Source: Eledone cirrhosa (Eukaryota). From it: a stretch of DNA of 64,000 nt. Positions 30,999 through 45,491 of this stretch are shown here, one piece after another. The notes beneath the pieces were generated by a model, which saw only the letters and a program-made list of their open reading frames with translations, ran no database searches and had not been told where the DNA came from. The translations under genes were made by a program, and so were the position numbers. The stretch lies in NCBI GenBank assembly GCA_964016885.1, contig OZ024743.1, positions 272,304,001-272,368,000 on the forward strand, read 5' to 3'. Positions within the stretch are counted from its first letter, which is position 1; the number at the start of each line of letters is the position of its first letter.

Positions 30999-31152
30999 TT
31001 CATTATTTAACGATCGTTTCTAGGATATATATGTGTTAGAGTTGGCATGCATATTCAACAGATCTATGTACAAAATTATACAAAATTATACAAACTATCA
31101 AGATTAAATATACATACCAACACATATATACGCCGTCTTCAGAAATAATGAA
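30999..31152 (-). ncRNA. PLE-B hammerhead ribozyme, copy 3
   Basis: Reverse complement of 39406-39559. Confidence 0.8.
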
Positions 31153-31798
31153 ATATATTTATTGATAATAACAACAATTCAAACTTTCAGGTCCGTTTGG
31201 GAACAAAATTGACCAATGAAAATACAAAAGGTTTAATGCCGTTCGGTGTGTGTATATACATGTAATAACCCTTACACATATTTTACAAAAATGTATGCAC
31301 AACCTGTATACTCATACAAAAAGGATGGATGCAAATACAAAATTTCAAGGTTAATGTCTCTGTAAGTTTATAATGCACAGATAAGATGCGTATAGATACA
31401 TAAATATGAAATAAATGTATACACATATTTTCATACTAACACATATCCGTACAATCACACATATACGCGCGTATATGCATAAACATACACATAAACTACA
31501 AACATACAAACACACACACACCACCACTCACATATATATATGTGGATATAAAATCCTAAGCACATGGATATTAATTCACTCACATAAACATTGGCACACA
31601 CATTTAGATAAAGATACAGAAATTAGGTGGGAGGGGGGGGGAGAGGTCAGTATTCAACGGTTTGGGCTGCCTGGTTAATATAGATGTATCTATAAACTAA
31701 GAAAATAAAAATAAAAAATAATAATAAATAATAAATAAACATTAAAAAGGAAAGAAAAGAAAAAGAAAAAAGAAAAAAGAAAAAAGAAATATATCAAG

Positions 31799-31837
<39 letters not shown>

Positions 31838-32062
31838 ATATATATATATCTATATATATATATACACATACATATATACATACATACACATACATACACA
31901 CAACACACACACATATACATATACACATACACATATACAAACACATACATGCATATACACACATCCACACTTAGAACATAACATACACACACATATATAA
32001 ACATATACATATACACACATAGATACAAATACACACATACATATAAATACACATATATATAT

Positions 32063-32133
<71 letters not shown>

Positions 32134-32420
32134 CACTCATACATAGGCATATAATCACACATACTATATAGACACACATATATATACACACATACATACA
32201 CATATACCTACACTTACATACATATATACATACAGATATACACATACATACCTATATATACACACAAATACATACAGACATATATACATACATACAGACA
32301 AATACTTACGCATCTATATATCGGTATATACATACAAACACCACTGCACTCTCACACAACTCAGACATACAAAGAAAAAGGTATATACCCATACACATAT
32401 ACATATACAAATAGAGAAAC

Positions 32421-32481
<61 letters not shown>

Positions 32482-32711
32482 CATACACATACATATACAC
32501 ATACACACATACACATACAAACACATACATACATGTACACACACATAGATATATATACACACACACATACACTCATACACATACATATATTGTCATACAC
32601 ACACATACACCTACACGAACATACACATACACATATACAAAGATATATATATACACACACACACACATACACACACACACATATATATAAAAAAAATAAA
32701 AAAAATAAAGA

Positions 32712-32777
<66 letters not shown>

Positions 32778-33397
32778 CATACACATACATACACACATAC
32801 ATAGACATATATGTACATACATACATATACATAGATACATACACATACATACATACATATATATATACACACATAGACATATACATACATACACACACAA
32901 CATACATACACACATATATACACTCATACATAGAATTAGATATATAAACATACATACATACGCACTTACATATACTCATATATACCAATACAAACGCATC
33001 CATATATGCGTATATACATAGAAACACCACTACACCCTCACCCAATTCAGATATACAAAGAAAAAGGTATATACATATACATATATACACGCATCAATAG
33101 AGATATATATACACACATATATATATATATATATATATGTGTGTACACACATACACTTATATACATATACCCACACACACATACAACCATAAATACACAT
33201 ACAAACACCCACATATATTAATATATACACACATATATATATATACACACACACATAAAAGACAGACATGCACACATATATATTTTTTTACACATATATA
33301 AACACATATATATACATATACACACCCTCACATATACACATACACATAAGTTATATTATAATAATAAATAATATATATATATATATACACATACACA

Positions 33398-33461
<64 letters not shown>

Positions 33462-33620
33462 TATGAATATAGACATATAAACACACATAGATATATATAC
33501 ATACATATATACACATACATATACATACACACACATATACACATTCACATATACATGTGTGTGCATACACACATATATATACATACACATATATACACAT
33601 AAACACATATATGTGTATAC

Positions 33621-35438
33621 ATTGGAATAATTAGCAAAAAAATTTTGGATAGAGTCATCCCACAAATAAGAAAACACGTTATTTTACCACTCTGGGAAAA
33701 CACCTCCCAGGTAATTAACTGGTTTAAAAATATTAGATGTAAATCTTCTGCTTCATTTCTACAATTTGATATAGATAATTACTATTCTTCTATATCACCT
33801 ATACTCCTGAACAAAGCATTGATATTTGCTAAAAATAGATCTAACTTAACTTTGGATGACATTAATATTATTACACATGCTAGACTAACACTTATTGAAT
33901 TTCAGAATGAATACTGGACCAGAAACACATATAGTAATCTTTTTGATATTACTATGGGTTCAAGCGATTCCGCCCAAATTACTGATCTTGTGGGCCTCTT
34001 TCTCCTTTTCAACATAAATGCCTCCTTTCCCCACCTCAAAGGTGGTTTATATCGTGATGACTGTCTTCTTCTTTCTAACAACCTTAGCCTTTCAGAAATT
34101 GAAAAAAACAAAAAACATATTAGAACTTTCCTTAAAGACTATTATAATCTTAATATTACTTTTGAAAAAACAAGTAAAGTAGTAAATTTCCTAGATATAA
34201 CTTTAGATTTAGCTACGGGTATATACCAACCTTACCATAAACCAAACCAAAACTTACATTACATACACTCACAATCTAATCACCCTAAATCTATCCTTAA
34301 AAACCTTGCATATAATATATCACTTAGAATTTCTAACCTTTCTTCTAACCAAGATGTATTTGATAAAAATGCGACCTTCTATAACGAAGCTCTAGATAGA
34401 AGTGGCCACAAAAATAGATTAGAATATATACCTTCTACTAAAAATACTGAAAGCATACAACCTAATATTACCAACAAACACCAAATGAAAAGTACACACC
34501 TAAATGCCACCCACACTATACCCCAAAATACCAAATCTTCTAATATAAAGTATAGTAACTCTCAAAAAACTACTTATCATATTAATAAAACTCCTAATAA
34601 AAAGGATAAAACACCTAAATCTACAAATATAACTAAAAATGGTTGTGGTGAGTTCATTAACATTAATCCTCCTAGTAAAAATCACGATACAACCTATAAA
34701 AATAATAAAAATAATAAACAACATAGAAACCGTAATAGACGGGTTACTTGGTATAATGCTCCATTTAATTTACAAATTAAGGATAATATTGCTAAAAAAT
34801 TTTTTTATATCCTAGAGAAAAACTTCCCGCCAAACCACAAATACCATCAAATCTTAAATAGGTCTACAGTTAAATTCTCATACTATACAACAAATAACAT
34901 AAAACAAAATATAAGTGCCTATAATGCATATAAATGTAAGAAAACCATAAGTATACCACCAGTACATCAAATTAACCATAATATCTCCTCAAATACAGAA
35001 TTAACGAAAGGTTGTAACTGTAGAAACAAAGTAAACTGCCCATTAAAAGGGAATTGTCTTGTTAACAACATAGTCTATAAATGTAATGTTAAAACTAAAG
35101 ATTCTATTTGCTCATATATAGGAGCTACCTCTAACAATTTTAAGACAAGGTTTAATACCCATAAGCATAGTTTTAAAAATGCCGCACTGGCTAATACAAC
35201 ATCTCTAGCAGAAAAAATCAATAGTTATAAAAATAAGAATATAGAATATGATTTGACCTGGAGTGTGCTCAAAAGAGCCACCCCTTATCAAAATAATAGA
35301 AATGAATGTAGATTATGTTCCCAAGAACTATTTGAAATAATGAAATCTAAGGATATCCTATTAAATAAACGACAGGAATTAATTATATCGTGTAATCATA
35401 AACTAAAAAAAACATTTAAATATTATAAACCTAATTAA
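33621..35438 (+). pseudogene. PLE-B ORF, 5'-truncated inverted copy (open frame, RT core to GIY-YIG)
   Basis: Track ORF 33645..35438 matches the C-terminal ~600 aa of the 817-aa protein and begins abruptly at the inversion junction. Confidence 0.9.
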
Positions 35439-36780
35439 TAACATTATTTTAGAAATTAATTTAATTTAAATGTTAGTTAACCTATAAATTTAATTTAATT
35501 AAAATTCTACTACAGATGAGAATATAAAATATTATGTAATCATAAATTGTGAAAAACCTTTAAATATTACTAATATATACTTAGTATTTTAATTTATAGA
35601 TTAATTTTAATTTACTTAAACCTTTTATTATAATTTTTTTTATTATAATTCTTTTACAGATAAAATATAACAAAATATAGTGTATCCAATGACAGAGAAA
35701 TAATTTTTAGTAATATAGACCTAATTAATATACATTTTAGAAATATATTTATAATTTGGTTTTAATTTTGATCAACCTAAAAATTTAATTTAATTGGCTT
35801 AAAATTAATATCCTTATACAGACGAATTGCAGAATGTCATCTAATCATAGAATGGGATGTGTTTTGGATTTATACTTAGTTAATATATTCTTTGCAATTT
35901 TTGAAAAAATATGTATATGTATATGTATATGTGTATGTATGTGCGTATATGTATGTGTATATATGTATAGATATATGTATATATATGTGTATATATATAT
36001 GTGTATGTATATGTATATGTATATGTATTAATTTTGATTTCTATTTGCATATAATTATATTCTGCTATTGATAAACTACAATATCTGTTTTATTTATTAT
36101 ATACCTAATTAACATATACTATAGAAATAAATATATAATTTTTAATTTAATTAACCTATATTTTATATTCTACTACCGATGTAATACTTTATTTGTTTTT
36201 TCCCTATTACTAAATTCATTTCCTAATATTGATACCATAAAGTTATTAACTTTAATTTAGTTATACTATAATTAATACTCTACTACTATTTAACTTCAAA
36301 ATTCTGCTTCAAATATTATAAACCTAACTAATTTACACCTTAGAAATCAATATGTTAACTATCTTTGGTTTAGTTAACATATAATTAATGGTATACTTAT
36401 TTATTTTGAATTGCATAAATTTTGCCTTATTCCTTGTTTATTGTATTTCCTAACACTGATACTATATATAAACATACATTGGATCTAGATACAGATAATA
36501 TTCTATGTTTCTTGAAACATATATTTACTATAATCCCCTTCTCCACCCCCCCCCCCTTTCCCCCATACTATTATCATCTGTGTTTGTAAGCGTGTATGTA
36601 TGAATATATATGTAGGTAGGTGTATATATATTTGGGTATTTATATCTGAATGTAAAAATACATATATGCGCATGCAAATAAGAATGTATGATTGTGTGTA
36701 TATATATATGTGTGTGTGTATGTATGTGTATATGTGTGTATATATGCATGTGTGTATATGTATGTGTATGTTTATGTCTG

Positions 36781-36821
<41 letters not shown>

Positions 36822-37138
36822 GTATATATATATGTATGTATATGTATATATATATATATGTGTGTGTATGTATGTATGTATATGTGTGTGTGTGTGTATA
36901 TATATGTATGTCTCTCTATTTATATGTATATCTTCGTATCTATGTGGATATATGTGTGTGTGTGCATGTATACACATATATGTGTTTATGTGTATATATG
37001 TGTATGTATATATATGTGTGTATGCACACACATGTATATGTGAATGTGTATATGTGTGTGTATGTATATGTATGTGTATATATGTATGTATATATATCTA
37101 TGTGTGTTTATATGTCTATATTCATATGTGTGTGTGTG

Positions 37139-37201
<63 letters not shown>

Positions 37202-37449
37202 ATGTGTATATATATATATATATTATTTATTATTATAATATAACTTATGTGTATGTGTATATGTGAGGGTGTGTATATGTATATATATGTGTTTATATAT
37301 GTGTAAAAAAATATATATGTGTGCATGTCTGTCTTTTATGTGTGTGTGTATATATATATATGTGTGTATATATTAATATATGTGGGTGTTTGTATGTGTA
37401 TTTATGGTTGTATGTGTGTGTGGGTATATGTATATAAGTGTATGTGTGT

Positions 37450-37481
<32 letters not shown>

Positions 37482-37818
37482 GTGTATATATATCTCTATT
37501 GATGCGTGTATATATGTATATGTATATACCTTTTTCTTTGTATATCTGAATTGGGTGAGGGTGTAGTGGTGTTTCTATGTATATACGCATATATGGATGC
37601 GTTTGTATTGGTATATATGAGTATATGTAAGTGCGTATGTATGTATGTTTATATATCTAATTCTATGTATGAGTGTATATATGTGTGTATGTATGTTGTG
37701 TGTGTATGTATGTATATGTCTATGTGTGTATATATATATGTATGTATGTATGTGTATGTATCTATGTATATGTATGTATGTACATATATGTCTATGTATG
37801 TGTGTATGTATGTGTATG

Positions 37819-37892
<74 letters not shown>

Positions 37893-38124
37893 TCTTTATT
37901 TTTTTTATTTTTTTTTTATATATATGTGTGTGTGTGTATGTGTGTGTGTGTGTATATATATATCTTTGTATATGTGTATGTGTATGTTCGTGTAGGTGTA
38001 TGTGTGTGTATGACAATATATGTATGTGTATGTGTGTATGTGTGTGTGTATATATATCTATGTGTGTGTACATGTATGTATGTGTTTGTATGTGTATGTG
38101 TGTATGTGTATATGTATGTGTATG

Positions 38125-38187
<63 letters not shown>

Positions 38188-38474
38188 GTTTCTCTATTTG
38201 TATATGTATATGTGTATGTGTATATACCTTTTTCTTTGTATGTCTGAGTTGTGTGAGAGTGTAGTGGTGTTTGTATGTATATACCGATATATAGATGCGT
38301 AAGTATTTGTCTGTATGTATGTATATATGTCTGTATGTATTTGTGTGTATATATAGGTATGTATGTGTATATCTGTATGTATATATGTATGTAAGTGTAG
38401 GTATATGTGTATGTATGTGTGTATATATATGTGTGTCTATATAGTATGTGTGATTATATGCCTATGTATGAGTG

Positions 38475-38551
<77 letters not shown>

Positions 38552-38720
38552 ATATATATATGTGTATTTATATGTATGTGTGTATTTGTATCTATGTGTG
38601 TATATGCATGTATGTGTTTGTATATGTGTATGTGTATATGTATATGTGTGTGTGTTGTGTGTATGTATGTGTATGTATGTATATATGTATGTGTATATAT
38701 ATATATAGATATATATATAT

Positions 38721-38759
<39 letters not shown>

Positions 38760-39405
38760 CTTGATATATTTCTTTTTTCTTTTTTCTTTTTTCTTTTTCT
38801 TTTCTTTCCTTTTTAATGTTTATTTATTATTTATTATTATTTTTTATTTTTATTTTCTTAGTTTATAGATACATCTATATTAAGCAGGCAGCCCAAACCG
38901 TTGAATACTGACCTCTCCCCCCCCCTCCCACCTAATTTCTGTATCTTTATCTAAATGTGTGTGCCAATGTTTATGTGAGTGAATTAATATCCATGTGCTT
39001 AGGATTTTATATCCACATATATATATGTGAGTGGTGGTGTGTGTGTGTTTGTATGTTTGTAGTTTATGTGTATGTTTATGCATATACGCGCGTATATGTG
39101 TGATTGTACGGATATGTGTTAGTATGAAAATATGTGTATACATTTATTTCATATTTATGTATCTATACGCATCTTATCTGTGCATTATAAACTTACAGAG
39201 ACATTAACCTTGAAATTTTGTATTTGCATCCATCCTTTTTGTATGAGTATACAGGTTGTGCATACATTTTTGTAAAATATGTGTAAGGGTTATTACATGT
39301 ATATACACACACCGAACGGCATTAAACCTTTTGTATTTTCATTGGTCAATTTTGTTCCCAAACGGACCTGAAAGTTTGAATTGTTGTTATTATCAATAAA
39401 TATAT

Positions 39406-39559
39406 TTCATTATTTCTGAAGACGGCGTATATATGTGTTGGTATGTATATTTAATCTTGATAGTTTGTATAATTTTGTATAATTTTGTACATAGATCTGT
39501 TGAATATGCATGCCAACTCTAACACATATATATCCTAGAAACGATCGTTAAATAATGAA
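39406..39559 (+). ncRNA. PLE-B hammerhead ribozyme with 115-nt stem II region
   Basis: Perfect 10-bp stem I TTCATTATTT/AAATAATGAA, CTGAAGA (39416-39422), long paired insert, GAAA (39538-39541), palindromic stem III ACGATCGT, GUU site. Confidence 0.82.
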
Positions 39560-39604
39560 CTTTTTTTGTTTAATATAAGAAATTGTTTATTCATTATTTG
39601 TTTA

Positions 39605-39699
<95 letters not shown>

Positions 39700-39915
39700 G
39701 ATAACAAAATATCGTTATAGGTAATCCAATTAGAGGTTGTGAATACTTATTATTATGGATAGTTTTAGCGTACGGCGTTGCTTGACACAAGAGGTTTACG
39801 CAGATGACGAGTTTATGATTTCAATTGTATTCCAATGTAAGTTTATCTTGGAGTAATAAAATTGAAAAAGTGGAGAATAACATGGTCAACAGTACAAAAA
39901 AAGGGGATTTATTTG

Positions 39916-40025
39916 CAATCTAACAATTGTTTCACTGATAGAGTTGTCTAAAAATTGCTGAACACTAAAAGCAGTGCGACTCAATTTTAAATACCATGTT
40001 AATTCTAGTAGATCTTCGGAAACTG
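39916..40025 (-). ncRNA. Hammerhead-like motif, CCGAAGA core variant
   Basis: Minus strand reads CAGTTT-CCGAAGA-long stem II-GAAA-CAATTG-TT-AGATTG. Confidence 0.6.
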
Positions 40026-40081
40026 TTAAAAAAATATATATGTAATCGGGAAATTTACAAATTCAAATTACATCATTAATA

Positions 40082-40175
40082 ATAATTGTTTCTACTTTAG
40101 GCACAAGGCCAGCAATTACCCAGTGCATTACTGGTACTTTATTTTATCGACCCCGTAAGGATGAAAGGCAAAGTC
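40082..40175 (-). mobile_element. SINE 3' fragment
   Basis: Matches the 3' half of the SINEs at 40428 and 2665. Confidence 0.75.
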
Positions 40176-40427
40176 ATTATTAATAATATTAATAATAAAG
40201 ATATAGAGAGAAAAGGAGGAAGAAAGGGAGATAGATACAGTAAAGAGAGAAAGGAAAGGAAGGAGAAAGAAGGAAAAAGAAAAAGAAAAAGAAAAAGAAA
40301 AAGAAAAAGAAAAAGAAAAAGAAAAAGAAAAAGAAAAAGAAAAAGGAGAAATTGTTATAGATAGAAATATAAATAGAAGATATATAGAAGATGATGGTAG
40401 ATAGAGGAGAGACAAACATAAGTAAAA

Positions 40428-40622
40428 ATAATTGTTTCTACTTTTGGCACAAAGCCAGCAATTACCAGTATTTTATTTACTGGTATTTTATTTTATCGAC
40501 TCCATAAGGATGAAAGGCAAAGTTAACCTCGGCGGGATTTGAACTCAGAATGGCAAGGGCCGTAACTCTATGCATCAAAGCATGGCGTCCGACCCTCTAC
40601 CGATACTGCCAATCCACCGCCC
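40428..40622 (-). mobile_element. tRNA-derived SINE, full length
   Basis: Reverse-strand A box (CCGATACTGCCA on +) and B box (GGATTTGAACTC on +). Flanking duplication AAACATAAGTAAAAATAATT. Confidence 0.85.
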
Positions 40623-40638
40623 TTAAACATAAGTAAAA

Positions 40639-40817
40639 ATAATTATTTCTACTTTTGGCACAAGGCCAGCAATTATCCAGTACATTACTGGTACTTTATT
40701 TTATCGACCCCGTAAGGATGAAAGGCAAAGTTAACCTCGGCGGGATTTGAACTCAGACCGTAAAGGGAGTAACTATGCTGGAAATCATGGCGTCCGACTC
40801 TCTACTGATACTGCCAA
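40639..40817 (-). mobile_element. tRNA-derived SINE, adjacent tandem copy
   Basis: Same family; A and B boxes present. Confidence 0.82.
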
Positions 40818-41072
40818 GAAGAAGAATAGAGGGACAAATAAATGAAAAAACGTTAATACATGAATAAATGTAAATAAAAATAAAAGTAGATATATAAAAA
40901 ATATATATTCTCTTTTTCTTTTTCCTTCTTCTTTCTCCTTCCTTTCCTATCTTTCTTTACTGTATCTATCTCCCCTTCTTCCTCCTTTTCTCTCTATATC
41001 TTTATTATTAATATTATTATTGATGATGTAATTTGAATTTGTAAATTTGCCGGTTACATATATATTTTTTAA

Positions 41073-41187
41073 CAGTTTCCGAAGATCTAATAGAGTTAAC
41101 ATCGTATTTAAAATTGAGTTGCATTGCTTTTAGTGTTCAGCAATTTTTAGACAACTCTATCAGTGAAACAATTGAATTGTTAGACTG
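41073..41187 (+). ncRNA. Hammerhead-like motif, CCGAAGA core variant
   Basis: Stem I CAGTTT/AGACTG, CCGAAGA (41079-41085), stem II ATAGAGTT/AACTCTAT within a 79-nt insert, GAAA (41165-41168), CAATTGAATTG, GUU site. Confidence 0.6.
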
Positions 41188-41238
41188 CAAATAAATCCCC
41201 TTTTTTGTACTGTTGACCATGTTATTCTCCACTTTTTC

Positions 41239-41467
<229 letters not shown>

Positions 41468-41611
41468 CATCTTCTACAGGACTAGAACTGTTTCATTCGG
41501 GAGAAATAATCAGACTTCCTGATGATTTCCTGATGATATTAAATATTTATACTCTGCTTTGTATTGAGTACCTTACTTAATCTGGTTACCCCCGATTGAA
41601 CCCGTGATAAA

Positions 41612-41651
<40 letters not shown>

Positions 41652-41839
41652 CACACACACACACACACATATATATATACATGTATATACACATATATAC
41701 ATATAAACGTATACACACACAGGATTATATATATCTATACATAATGTAAAAAAAAGATTTTTATTGGTTAGTTCCTTCGCGCATCACACAAAAAACGAAA
41801 AGTGACATTCGAAAAATAAACGCAGCAATGACATAACGG

Positions 41840-42739
41840 TATATCCAGGAAGGCTTATTGATACCCATTTCATAAATCAAAGAAAGCATCCCGGGTATGT
41901 TAACCAACCTGACTGCTGTTTCTACTAGGTTGGGAATTTAGTCCCGTTTGCCGGTGATGTTTGCCCAGATCATCGGTAAGCGTAAAAGCCTTCAACCTTA
42001 CGGATACTCATGTTGATGGCCAGAGACATTCCCACTAGATCAACAGTGTAACATCCCAGCGTTGATATATCAAGCAGAAGTCACCTCGCCGAACTAGAAC
42101 CAGCAAACTAAAGCCCGGACTTATGTCGGAACGACTGAGAGCTGGTTCAAAAGCTGGTATCTGAACCATGACATTCTGACAAAAAACATGCCACCCAGCC
42201 CACGAACAATGTGTAGAACCTAAAAAATAATGGGGCACCATTTTCCATTAAATGGAGTATTTTAGAAATATCCATGCCTTATATTAATGGGATGCACTTT
42301 TGCTAGCTATGTAACTCGGAAAAGTGGAATACACTCTCCCAACTGGCTTGAGAGAAAAACTGCTTATATACCCACCTCACCTGCTTTAGTCGCTGTCCAA
42401 ACGAAGTGAAATTTTAATTTCACAGAATTTAATTTCTTTGAATTACTAACTTTTCACAAGTTCTCCACCTTTGTAGCTTTTTATAGTTATCTCCCCTTTA
42501 AATTATCTAAAAGATTTGTTTATTTATAGGTAATTTCAAAATTGCCTACCCTTGAAGAACGCTCGTGTATTTTCTATAAACCTTAAATCAACCTGTAGAG
42601 GTAGTCATTTTAATTTTATATAACAGGGTGAATGAGTTGGGGTGTATAACCCAACACAGCGTAACTGTTGTAACTAATTATATGTAAGTCATTCTATGGA
42701 CTGAGTGCTCTTACCCTTGGATATTTCTACCAACCTTAT

Positions 42740-42746
<7 letters not shown>
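41840..42746 (+). pseudogene. Decayed PLE-D 3' portion (GIY-YIG remnant, 3' UTR, degenerate HHR); not in the ORF track
   Basis: Manual translation gives FPLDQQCNIPALIYQAEVT...TYVGTTESWFK (about 42030-42150) and WSILEISMPYINGMHFC*LCNSEK (about 42250-42325). HHR remnant at 42546-42604. The 5' boundary is approximate. Confidence 0.7.
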
Positions 42747-42771
<25 letters not shown>

Positions 42772-43084
42772 TGTTATACTTGGGGAGGGTCATATTTGTA
42801 TAATATTGCCAGAATTAATAACAGAACACACTCACTGTTTGGTTGGTTTTCGCTTCTCGCTGTCTTTTATATCGGTAATCTAACTTACTCGGTCCTCAAT
42901 GTTGCCATTGACTGACCGACGGTCAAAAATAATACAGATACAATATAGACACAAACACGTATATATAGTTTATCATAAATCTTTCGTTGCATATCTTCAA
43001 CATCGTCAATGGTATATTTTCCTCCTGTTGTGTTGTATGTCTACGCCATTTTTATTCAGTCTGTCTATATTTATTTATTTATTT

Positions 43085-45208
43085 GCGGATAAGTCTGGTA
43101 GGATGTCAATAGATAGCATGCCGAATTACATCGAGGCTATGAAACCCCACATCACCAACACGAGCGAAATTGCACAACAAACACACGATGGGAGAGAGAA
43201 AATCTTCAACGCTCACATGATGATGTGGACTGACATCCTAAAGCCAAGCAGACGCACTGCCAACAACTTCCAGGCGTCTAACAATGGCATACCACCCTTG
43301 TATGGGCTCCGCAAAGACCACAAGACAGTCGACGACCCGACAACAGGACCACCAACAAGACCCGTATGCGGAGCTAATATAGCTAGCAACTACAGGATCT
43401 CCTACTTCCTCTCAATGGTTATACGCCCCATAATCAAGATGTCCCCAGATGTATGTGACAGTACAGAGGACCTCCTCAGCAGAATCAGTGAGTGCAACAA
43501 AAACAGGAGCCTATCCAACTGCATAATAGGCAGCATGGATGTGGTGTCACTGTACCCATCCATTAACATTGATTTTGCTGTGAAAAGATGTGTGGAGATG
43601 ATCATTGGGAGTGAGATGGAGTTCTGCGACGTCGACACAGACGAACTGGGCCTCCTACTTAGACTTACCTACGACACTGACTACCTAGACAGCCATGACC
43701 TTAGATGTTTCTGCCCTAGTAGACCTATAAAAGGTAGACCCCCCACCATAACTTCAATGGCAAAAAAGACTCCCATGGCAAGGTGGATTGGGTGGACCAA
43801 AGCTATACGGACCCCCCAAAACAATGATCAGGTAAGAAAAATGGTCGCACATGCAATAGGGGCTAGTATCAAAACTACTCTAAAGGGCCACATACTTAAG
43901 TTCAACGAGAAAATCTACACCCAAAATGAGGGAGCAGCCATCGGCGTCAGCATAGCTGGTGATGTTGCCAACCTTTTCATGGTATGGTGGGAAAGGAGAC
44001 TTAAAGATCTCCTTAATGAGAGCTCCATAGACCTCATCATGTACTCTCGTTATGTAGACGATATCAATATAGTTATAAGAACACCCCCACTAATGAGCAC
44101 TAACAAGTTTGATTTAGAACGTAGCACGATGGAAAGCATCCAGCAGATAGCTAATTCCATACACCAGAGTATAACTGTAACTATCGACTTCCCTTCCAAA
44201 CACCCTAACAATAGACTACCTGTATTAGACACAGAACTCTGGATTAACACTATAGACGAGAGAGCCCAAATTCTCCACTCACACTATGCTAAACCCATGG
44301 CCTCCAAATACCTGATACTCAAAACTTACCAATGTCCAGTAGTGCTAAGTTTAATATTCTGATCGCAGATTTGGTACGAGTGATGAAGAATGTGTCCCGC
44401 ATGTGCGACCCAACAGAAATGGAAATACACATCCAACACTTCATCAACCGCATGCAGTTCTCTGGCTACAACCAAAGAGACAGAGTCAGAGTATACGAAG
44501 GAGCCATGGAAAAGTATAAGACCCTCATAGAACTGGACATGAAAGGAATTTGCCCATTATACAGGAGCAAATCATGGAATAGCTTAGATAGGGCTAGACA
44601 TAAGATAGGGAAAGCCACCTCATGGTACGACAACCAGAGATACCAGAGTGTCATGTTTGCGGACGCCACCCCTGGAGGGAAATTAGCTAACCAGTGTAGA
44701 AAGGCCCTGAGAAAGACCCACTTAAAAATAAAGGTGGTAGAAAAGCCAGGAACCACCATAAAAATCCCTGATCAGCAAAACCTACCCTTTTAAGAAAACC
44801 CACTGTACCAATAGGAAATGTATCATATGTAAGGTGAACCCCCGGATAAACTGTAAAACTAGAAACGTAGTCTATAGCATAAGATGTACAGAGGGCACTT
44901 GCAGAAACATGACAACAACATACATAGGTGAGACAGCTCGTAGCATAGGTGAAAGGATAGACCAACACTGGAGGGAACTAAAAGGACGAAAAAACGGGTC
45001 AGTACTATACGAACATGCTAGACAACAACATGACGGTAACATAGACAACATAGAAATTAGAATAATATCTAAACATAGAAATGACCCAGCAGATAGACAA
45101 ATCAGAGAGGCCAGTGAAATAGAAATTAGAAGACCAAAGCTAAACAGAAAGAATGAATGGAATAACAACAACACCCAAACAAACAACACTGACCTAAGAG
45201 AAGTATAA
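43085..45208 (+). pseudogene. PLE-C RT plus GIY-YIG (CCHH-type), two frameshifts; Neptune/Nematis-like
   Basis: ADKSG, LYGLRKDHK, RPV, SMDVVSLYPSI, QNEGAAIG, RYVDD, LPVLD, NVVYSIRC...C...YIGETARS..ERI.QH..H...H, spread over track ORFs 42899, 44332 and 44834. Confidence 0.88.
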
Positions 45209-45444
45209 ATAAGTAAATAAAATAAGATAAATAAATAAATAAATACATACACAAGCACAATAACAACAAGCACATAAACACACACTAGTCACCCATCACA
45301 CAGCAAACATAACACTATACACACACGCAAACGCATGCACAAAGAAGACAAAATAAAATAAACAAACAAGCAAATAAATAAATAAATATATAGACAGACT
45401 GAATAAAAATGGCGTAGACATACAACACAACAGGAGGAAAATAT

Positions 45445-45491
45445 ACCACCACTGACGATGTTGCAGATGTGCAACGAAAGATTTATGATAA
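45445..45491 (+). ncRNA. Degenerate hammerhead in the PLE-C pseudo-LTR
   Basis: CTGACGA (45452-45458), stem II GTTGCA/TGCAAC, GAAA (45476-45479). Stems I and III are imperfect. Mirrored copy near 42970-43015. Confidence 0.5.

Larger units (their letters stand above)
16951..39613. mobile_element. Penelope-like element PLE-B array: about 2.4 tandem minus-strand units plus an inverted 5'-truncated unit
   Basis: Units start at 16951, 23884 and 30808 (periods 6933 and 6924). Inversion junction at about 33621. Plus-strand arm 33621-39613. (TA)n at both outer ends. Confidence 0.93.

Noticed and set aside
16951-39613. Palindromes and tandem units as pure assembly artefacts
   Set aside because: Copies differ by substitutions and indels, and PLE-A arms have arm-specific nested insertions. 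Exact copy number still needs read support.
40161-40364. KRKRKR basic ORF
   Set aside because: Translation of a (GAAAAA)n simple repeat.
42899-43084. N-terminus of the 487-aa track ORF (MLPLTDRR...)
   Set aside because: It lies in the inverted pseudo-LTR; RT homology starts at ADKSG (43085).
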